From Hyphomicrobiaceae bacterium (lineage in GTDB: Bacteria > Pseudomonadota > Alphaproteobacteria > Rhizobiales > Hyphomicrobiaceae), in assembly GCA_041687075.1 (NCBI GenBank), contig JAWLCO010000006.1, forward strand, positions 243 to 64,242: a stretch of 64,000 nucleotides of DNA, in the 5' to 3' direction. Each line of letters begins with the position of its first letter. The stretch's first letter is position 1. Shown in pieces: positions 58,141 to 64,000 of the stretch. Both the position numbers and the translations under genes were made by a program. The notes under the pieces are model-generated. The model had not been told where the DNA came from, searched no databases, and saw nothing but the letters and a program-made list of their open reading frames with translations.

Positions 58141-58896
58141 GTGGTCCTCACCATTGGCATTCTTCTGCTGTTGACCGTCGCGATCGCTGCGTTCGTGCTT
58201 GCGCCGCGCACTGCTCGCCGACAGGTCATTTTTGATTCTGCTCCGGACCGGCCAGCTCCCTTCGGCCTCAAGATGGCGTGGCTGGCCATCAGGACGCGGG
58301 AAACGGCGCGCGTCGTAGATGCACTGGGGCTCGTGGACCCCAAACCGTGCAATTGGAACTCCGGCATCGGCACCGTCTATGACGACCGCCTCGGCGAGAA
58401 CCACATCTTCGTGTCACCGCCGGTCAACGGCTGGACATTCGTCATCGGGCTGTCGCTTCCCTATCCGGTCGGAAGGAATTTCGTCGACAAGTGCACACCG
58501 ATGCTGCTCGACCTCGGAGGTCAGTTTGTCGAGGTACAGTACTTTTTCAGCTATCCGCTGATCGACTTCTTCGCCTGGGCACGGATCATCGACGGCAGGC
58601 TGGTGCGGGCCTTTGCGGTCGGTGACGAAGGGATGATCTGGAACCGGGGCAAGCCGACGAAGGACGAAAGGACCCTCGGGCTGAAGCTGTTCGAGCTGCG
58701 GGGCGTGCGAGAGCGTACGGGCGACGCCGGCGGAGAGCTGATCCTCTATCCGACGGAGGAGCACGTCATGCGGCTCGCCAGCCGTTGGAGCCTCGATCCT
58801 ACCCGGATCGACGCCGCCCCGGCCTCGGCAGCCACCGGCTACATCTGTCTGGCGCCCGCGGCGTGGCGGCCTGAGCGGATCCGCAAAGTCGCCTGA
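58141..58896 (+). CDS. Hypothetical protein with N-terminal TM helix
   Basis: 251 aa with host-like high GC3. Begins MVLTIGILLLLTVAIAAFVLA, followed by a soluble domain (MAWLAIRTRETARVVDALGL...VSPPVNGWTFVIG). No family recognised. Confidence 0.6.
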   Translation: MVLTIGILLLLTVAIAAFVLAPRTARRQVIFDSAPDRPAPFGLKMAWLAIRTRETARVVDALGLVDPKPCNWNSGIGTVYDDRLGENHIFVSPPVNGWTFVIGLSLPYPVGRNFVDKCTPMLLDLGGQFVEVQYFFSYPLIDFFAWARIIDGRLVRAFAVGDEGMIWNRGKPTKDERTLGLKLFELRGVRERTGDAGGELILYPTEEHVMRLASRWSLDPTRIDAAPASAATGYICLAPAAWRPERIRKVA

Positions 58897-58949
58897 CGAA
58901 TCCTCAAATCGTTGCCCGACGGGCGCACGAGCGGCCGCCGAGGTGAACT

Positions 58950-59342
58950 CTACGCAGCGACGCCGACAATGTTCGCCATTTGCCTGGCGATGAGCGTCTC
59001 GAGCCAGCCCTCGAACGGCACGGTGAATACGCTGAGGCCGCGCGGGTCGCTTTTCCAGTTCTCGAACTGAGTTGCGAAATCTGCCGGCGGGGCAGCCTCT
59101 CCATCCCGGTCGACGACACTTTCAGCCAGCGCCGAGGCCAACATGGGCAGAAACGGAATGGTGGCCGCTTCGATGCCTCCGTCCGCACAACGGCGGGGTG
59201 CATCACGCACGGCACAGCAGACGATCGGCTCCCGGTCCGTGAACGACACGACGGCGCCGATGATGATCCGGGACTGCTCGAACCCTGCCGGCGTGCGGTA
59301 GGTCCAGCGCTCACCTGCTCGAAAGCTCGCAGTTGTCGTCAT
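58950..59342 (-). CDS. Hypothetical cytoplasmic protein
   Basis: 130 aa starting at MTTTASFRAGERWTYRTPAGFEQSRIIIGAVVSF. No family recognised. Convergent with 58141-58896. Confidence 0.5.
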   Translation of the reverse strand: MTTTASFRAGERWTYRTPAGFEQSRIIIGAVVSFTDREPIVCCAVRDAPRRCADGGIEAATIPFLPMLASALAESVVDRDGEAAPPADFATQFENWKSDPRGLSVFTVPFEGWLETLIARQMANIVGVAA

Positions 59343-59595
59343 CCGCTCCCCACCCAAGCCGGTTGAAGTTCCCGGACCGTGCCTGTGATAGGGCGTCCGA
59401 TCAACCCGAGGCGGACAGGCTCGTTGGGGAAAACAGCCGATTTCCGTTCAGCGAGCGCGACTGTGCATCGCCGGTAGCGGGTCTCGCGTCTCTAGCGGCC
59501 GACCAGGGGCAGGTTCCACATCACCACCTGTCATCCCGTGCGCGGTGTACCACTTCGTGCTGCGGCGCGTCCGGGGTGAAGGGTTGATTTACCCG

Positions 59596-60000
59596 TTACT
59601 CCAGCGGACGGAGCCGGTCCTGGCGACCGGTGCTGTGGGCGTACTCGAGCGGCGGGACGTCGGTCAGACAGTCCCCCGGCCGCGTATGCTGGATGGTGCG
59701 ATCAAGTACGAGTGCAGTGCAGTTGCTCTGCACCGGAACGCCATCGCCGGAGCGCGCGAAGAGTGGCAGCCTGTCCGCCGGCTTCGGTGCTTTTGCAATC
59801 GAGCCGGTGTGCTCCGGCGCCAGCCCCCGCGCGACGACGCTCAGGCTGGGACCAAACCCTGTGGCGTTCCAGAAGAGCGTCGCAGCAACGAAGCCGAACA
59901 GGCTCCAGACGACTGCAGATCTGCGGGGTGTGCCGGGCGCGGCGATCGGCAGGCCCGTGTCTTGGGACGGGGCGCGATAGGTCTGCCTCAGGACTGCCAT
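59596..60000 (-). CDS. Hypothetical membrane-anchored protein
   Basis: 134 aa with a single TM helix (AVVWSLFGFVAATLFW), a C-terminal part with 2 Cys, and moderately high GC3. No family recognised. Confidence 0.5.
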   Translation of the reverse strand: MAVLRQTYRAPSQDTGLPIAAPGTPRRSAVVWSLFGFVAATLFWNATGFGPSLSVVARGLAPEHTGSIAKAPKPADRLPLFARSGDGVPVQSNCTALVLDRTIQHTRPGDCLTDVPPLEYAHSTGRQDRLRPLE

Positions 60001-60137
60001 GGAGCCTCACTTCGCCAAGGGCGAATCTGTTGCGATCTGACGCCATGATGCCGGACTGCCACCACACCGCAATGGCACTGCGGCTACAGTCACTCAGCGT
60101 GGCCGTTTCTCCACTGAAATCTCCGCGTGTGTAACCA

Positions 60138-60881
60138 TCAGAGCGCACGCTGGCCGGGTTGCGAGGAGCGGTTCACGCCGCCGGCCCGGACCGGTGGCAC
60201 GTACATGCGATTGGCGCGGCATACACCACGGCGCTCGTTGCTGCCACACCGGCGAAACTCGCCTTCACGCGAAAAGCAGATGCGCACCTCGCGCAGCCGG
60301 TTGCCCGAGCCACGGCAGTCGACGGCCATCATCTCCAGCTTCAGGCCCGGGTTGTCGCGGACAAATGCATCCGCGACCTCTTGTGGACTGATGAAGAACG
60401 GCGCGGCGGGTGAACGGAAGCGGCGCGGGATGGTGATCTTCTCGTAAAGCCGGCGCGAAAGATCATAGTATCCGGCGGGATCGAGCCCAGAGCAGGTTCC
60501 GTGCTTGCGATACTCGTGGATGACGAGCCGCGGACTCGGCATGATGTCCAGCATGCGGTCGATGATCCGCTGCGGCACGAACGGGCGCTCACGGGTCTTG
60601 CAGTAGTCGGGATAGCCACGCTCGTATTGCGGCCACAGGCCATGCAACACGAAAGCGTACGGCCGCGCCGTGCGACGGCACTGCGGGTCGTTGTCCCGCG
60701 ATGCGATGCTGGCGCAGTAAGTCGGGCTCCAGGAGAGCACGAGTGTGTAGTAGTCGAACACGCCGGCCTTGTGCTCCGGCGCGCGACTGCGCTGCGCCAG
60801 TGCCGGCGAGGCAAGGAACAGCGCGACAATCAGGCCAGGGATGGTCATCGACCGGATCGGACGTTGTGTTTTCATGGTCAT
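60138..60881 (-). CDS. Secreted ribonuclease T2 family protein
   Basis: Signal peptide ...LFLASPALAQ. CAS I-like motif FVLHGLWPQ and CAS II-like motif HEYRKHGTC. FDYYTLVLSWSPTYC near the N-terminus. Confidence 0.85.
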   Translation of the reverse strand: MTMKTQRPIRSMTIPGLIVALFLASPALAQRSRAPEHKAGVFDYYTLVLSWSPTYCASIASRDNDPQCRRTARPYAFVLHGLWPQYERGYPDYCKTRERPFVPQRIIDRMLDIMPSPRLVIHEYRKHGTCSGLDPAGYYDLSRRLYEKITIPRRFRSPAAPFFISPQEVADAFVRDNPGLKLEMMAVDCRGSGNRLREVRICFSREGEFRRCGSNERRGVCRANRMYVPPVRAGGVNRSSQPGQRAL

Positions 60882-60907
60882 GAGCTCAAGGTTATGGTCA
60901 GGTGAGG

Positions 60908-62305
60908 TCAGGCGCTGGCCAGCCGCTGGAGAATGCGGGCCCAGCTCCGGGCGCCCTTTCGGAAGCTCGTCAGATTGTACTTCTCGTTCGGTGAGTGAAT
61001 GCAGTCGTCGTCGGTGGCAAAGCCGACGAGCAGGCTATCCATGCCGAGCTGGCTCTTGAAGGCGGTGACGATCGGGATGGAAGCCCCGGAGCCCATGAGC
61101 GCTGCCGGCCGCTGCCACTCTTCCTCCAGTGCCTGCGCAGCCGCCTGGATGTGAGGTGCATTCGGGTCGAAGGCGATGGCGGCATTGCCGTGCGCCGGCA
61201 TGAATTCCACCTTGCAGTCTGCCGGAGCGCGCTGGGCAAGGTAGCTCTGCAGGCTCGCTGTGATCTTGTCCGGATCCTGCCCGGCGACGAGCCGGCACGT
61301 GATTTTGGCCGATGCGCGGGAAGGAATGACGGTCTTCGTTCCAGGGCCCTGATAGCCGCCCGCGATTCCGTTGAACTCCAGGGTCGGCCGCGCCCAGAGC
61401 TGCTCCAGCGCGGTGAAGCCCTTCTCACCGGCCGGCACGCTGAGGCCCACCTCGCCGAGGAACGTCCTCTCGTCGAACCCGAGGCGGTTCCACAGCTCGG
61501 CCTGGCTCTCCGGCACCTTCGTGACGCCATCATAGAAGCCGGGCACCATGACGCGGCCGTCGTCATCGTGGAGTGCAGCCAGCATGCGCGCCAGCACCCG
61601 GATCGCATTGGCGGCGGGACCGCCGTAAAGGCCCGAATGGAGATCGCGGCTCGCCCCGGTGACGACCACCTCGGTGCCGGCCAGCCCGCGAAGCATCGTC
61701 GTGATGCCGGGTGTGTCCTTGTTCCACTGCGTGGTGTCGCAGACGAGCGCGATGTCACAGGTCACTTCCTGCGCGTGCTTCTCCAGAAAGCCGGGCAGGC
61801 TCGGTGAACCGCATTCCTCCTCGCCTTCGAGCAGCACGGTCACGGCAATCGGCAGCTCGCCTGCGACCTTCTTCCACGCGCGGGCCGCCTCGAAAAAGGT
61901 CATGAGCTGGCCCTTGTTGTCCTCCGCGCCGCGAGCGACGATCACCGTCCCGTTGCGCGGGTCCTCCGCCATGCGCGGCTCGAAGGGCGGAGAGGTCCAT
62001 AGCTCCAGCGGGTCCGGCGGCTGCACGTCGTAATGCCCGTAGAAGAGCACGTGCGGCATGCCTTCCGGTATCTCCTTCCGGTCATGTCCGACGACCATCG
62101 GGTGGCCGGTCGTGGTCCGCACCGAGGCTTCGAACCCGATCTCCCGCAGCTGACTGGCGCACCATTCCGCAGCGGCCTGGCATTGATCCTTGTAGGCGGG
62201 ATCGGTCGAGATGCTCGGGATGCGCAGGAGCTCGAACAGGCGCTCCAGCGCCGCGTGCTCGGAGCTTTCGAGGGTGTCGAGAACGGCAGGAAGATGATCG
62301 GCCAT
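60908..62305 (-). CDS. M20-family metallopeptidase (dipeptidase-like)
   Basis: Start taken at [13 protein letters not shown]. Also [31 protein letters not shown] and [10 protein letters not shown] metal-ligand blocks. Confidence 0.9.
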   Translation of the reverse strand: MADHLPAVLDTLESSEHAALERLFELLRIPSISTDPAYKDQCQAAAEWCASQLREIGFEASVRTTTGHPMVVGHDRKEIPEGMPHVLFYGHYDVQPPDPLELWTSPPFEPRMAEDPRNGTVIVARGAEDNKGQLMTFFEAARAWKKVAGELPIAVTVLLEGEEECGSPSLPGFLEKHAQEVTCDIALVCDTTQWNKDTPGITTMLRGLAGTEVVVTGASRDLHSGLYGGPAANAIRVLARMLAALHDDDGRVMVPGFYDGVTKVPESQAELWNRLGFDERTFLGEVGLSVPAGEKGFTALEQLWARPTLEFNGIAGGYQGPGTKTVIPSRASAKITCRLVAGQDPDKITASLQSYLAQRAPADCKVEFMPAHGNAAIAFDPNAPHIQAAAQALEEEWQRPAALMGSGASIPIVTAFKSQLGMDSLLVGFATDDDCIHSPNEKYNLTSFRKGARSWARILQRLASA

Positions 62306-62481
62306 TGTCACATCGGCTCGCTTCGGCGGTGTTGATGTCGGCCTAGAGAGTTGAAGCGACTGCGGCGCCCTGTCAAAGGAAAGCGAACTCGAGCGAGCCC
62401 CTGCGCGTTTGCCCCGGGCAGCGCGCGGGGCTATGTCAATGGCCAAGGCGTGAGCTGCCAAGAGACGAAAGGGTGACCGAA

Positions 62482-64000
62482 ATGAGCGACTCCCGTTCCG
62501 AATCTGACAAGCGGCACAAGTGGGTCTATCTTTTCGGGGCTGGCCGTTCCGACGGTTCTGCGGATATGCGCAATCTGCTCGGCGGCAAGGGGGCGAACCT
62601 CGCCGAGATGGCGAGCCTTGGCCTGCCGGTGCCGCCCGGCTTCACGATCTCGACCGAGGTCTGCGCACACTATTACGCAAACGGCCGCAAGCTGCCGGAC
62701 GGGCTTGACGCACAGGTCGAAAGCGCGCTCGGCATCGTCGGCGATGCGGTCGGCGCGGTGTTCGGGGACGCCAGGAACCCGCTGCTCGTATCGGTGCGCT
62801 CCGGCGCCCGGACGTCCATGCCCGGCATGATGGACACGATCCTCAACCTCGGCCTCAACGACGAAACCGTAACGGGCCTCGCAGAGCGGTCCGGCGATGC
62901 GCGTTTTGCGTACGACAGCTATCGGCGCTTCATTCAGATGTACAGCGACGTGGTGCTGGGCGTCGATCACGGCGTGTTCGAGGACATCCTCGAGAGCCAC
63001 AAGAACCTCAACGGGTTCACCGCTGATACGGAGCTGTCCGCTGACGATTGGCAGGAGGTCATCGGCGCGTACAAGGAGGCCGTGGAGCGGGAAAGCGGTC
63101 AGCCGTTCCCGCAGGACCTGCGCGCCCAGCTCTGGGGCGCCATTGGGGCCGTCTTCGGCTCCTGGCAGAACGCCCGCGCCATCACCTACCGGCGCCTGCA
63201 CCAGATTCCCGACTCGTGGGGCACGGCGGTGACGGTTCAGGCCATGGTGTTCGGCAACATGGGTGACAACTCGGCGACCGGCGTTGCCTTCACGCGCAAT
63301 CCATCCACCGGTACCAGGGAGATCTACGGCGAGTTCCTGGTGAATGCGCAGGGCGAGGACGTCGTCGCCGGCATTCGCACGCCGCAGAACATCAGCGAGA
63401 AGGCGCGCATCGAGGCGGGCGACAGCGCGCCGTCGCTCGAGGCGCTGATGCCGGAGACCTTCGCGCAACTGAAGGACATTTTCGCCCGGCTCGAGGCCCG
63501 CTACCGGGACATGCAGGATGTCGAGTTCACGATCCAGAACGGCAAGCTGTGGATGCTGCAGACCCGTTCCGGCAAGCGCACGGCGGAAGCCGCGCTGAAG
63601 ATCGCCGTGGATCTCGCGAACGAAGGGCTCATCAGCCGCGAGGAAGCCGTGATGCGGATCGACGCATCGGCGCTCGACCAGCTCCTGCATCCGACGATCG
63701 ATCCGTCGGCGCACAAGCACGTCGTCGCGCGCGGACTGGCGGCCTCGCCGGGTGCCGCTTCGGGCGAGATCGTTTTCGACTCCAACGAAGCCGAGGCGCT
63801 CAAGGGGAAGGGCCGGGACGTCATCCTCGTCCGCGTCGAGACGAGTCCCGAGGATATCCACGGCATGCACGCGGCGGCCGGCATTCTGACGGCGCGCGGA
63901 GGCATGACGAGCCACGCCGCCGTCGTTGCCCGCGGCATGGGGCGTCCATGCGTTTGCGGCGCAGGCCAGCTCCGGATCGACGCGAAGGCGGGCGAGATGC
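62482..64000 (+). CDS. ppdK: Pyruvate, phosphate dikinase (N-terminal about 506 aa; continues beyond the window)
   Basis: Absent from the ORF track because there is no stop within the window. Manual translation gives [61 protein letters not shown]..., and ...[15 protein letters not shown] (phosphohistidine motif) lies near 63900. Confidence 0.9.
   Translation, partial: MSDSRSESDKRHKWVYLFGAGRSDGSADMRNLLGGKGANLAEMASLGLPVPPGFTISTEVCAHYYANGRKLPDGLDAQVESALGIVGDAVGAVFGDARNPLLVSVRSGARTSMPGMMDTILNLGLNDETVTGLAERSGDARFAYDSYRRFIQMYSDVVLGVDHGVFEDILESHKNLNGFTADTELSADDWQEVIGAYKEAVERESGQPFPQDLRAQLWGAIGAVFGSWQNARAITYRRLHQIPDSWGTAVTVQAMVFGNMGDNSATGVAFTRNPSTGTREIYGEFLVNAQGEDVVAGIRTPQNISEKARIEAGDSAPSLEALMPETFAQLKDIFARLEARYRDMQDVEFTIQNGKLWMLQTRSGKRTAEAALKIAVDLANEGLISREEAVMRIDASALDQLLHPTIDPSAHKHVVARGLAASPGAASGEIVFDSNEAEALKGKGRDVILVRVETSPEDIHGMHAAAGILTARGGMTSHAAVVARGMGRPCVCGAGQLRIDAKAGEM

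Noticed and set aside
57904-58404. 166-aa minus-strand ORF upstream of folB as the missing SDR N-terminus
   Set aside because: The translation has no Rossmann TGxxxGIG or YxxxK motifs. It is antisense to the codon-biased plus-strand gene 58141-58896.
62431-63915. 494-aa minus-strand ORF
   Set aside because: It is antisense to ppdK, whose plus-strand translation shows clear pyruvate phosphate dikinase motifs. ppdK is missing from the track only because it has no stop within the window.

Overview
This window is a high-GC (roughly 65% by eye) alphaproteobacterial chromosome segment with Rhizobiales/Hyphomicrobiales-type gene order. Conserved blocks include katA/oxyR, parE, panC, putA, clpS-clpA, divK-pleD, rpmG-NUDIX-DUF983-rnr-topA-dprA-plsY-pyrC-pyrB, metY, phaC, hom-glpX and ppdK. 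I support about 60 protein genes, one tRNA-Val(UAC), one guanidine-II riboswitch, two intrinsic terminators and five short-repeat loci. Three genes are missing from the ORF track: PhzF and PpdK are cut by the window edges, and rpmG is shorter than 60 aa. I found no rRNA, CRISPR array, cas gene, transposase, integrase or recognisable defence or toxin system, so this is mostly core genome. The items most worth a second look are listed here. (1) A family of intergenic palindromes whose arms are tandem CGAATAG-like heptamers (3 copies), and a second family of CGAYTTCA octamer arrays (2 loci). (2) A mini-ykkC/guanidine-II riboswitch in front of a SugE/Gdx-type SMR gene. (3) A roughly 3 kb block of orphan genes next to a secreted RNase T2, whose edge coincides with a 5'-truncated SDR gene that now reads in frame into folB. 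(4) Tandem paralogous glucosaminidase-like proteins sharing an unassigned Cys-bounded C-terminal module. (5) Two unusually long gene-free stretches, 353-1085 (hairpin-dense) and 27541-28168 (low GC). I cannot claim a clearly novel multi-gene system from sequence alone. All family assignments come from motif-level reading of the translations, not from database searches.
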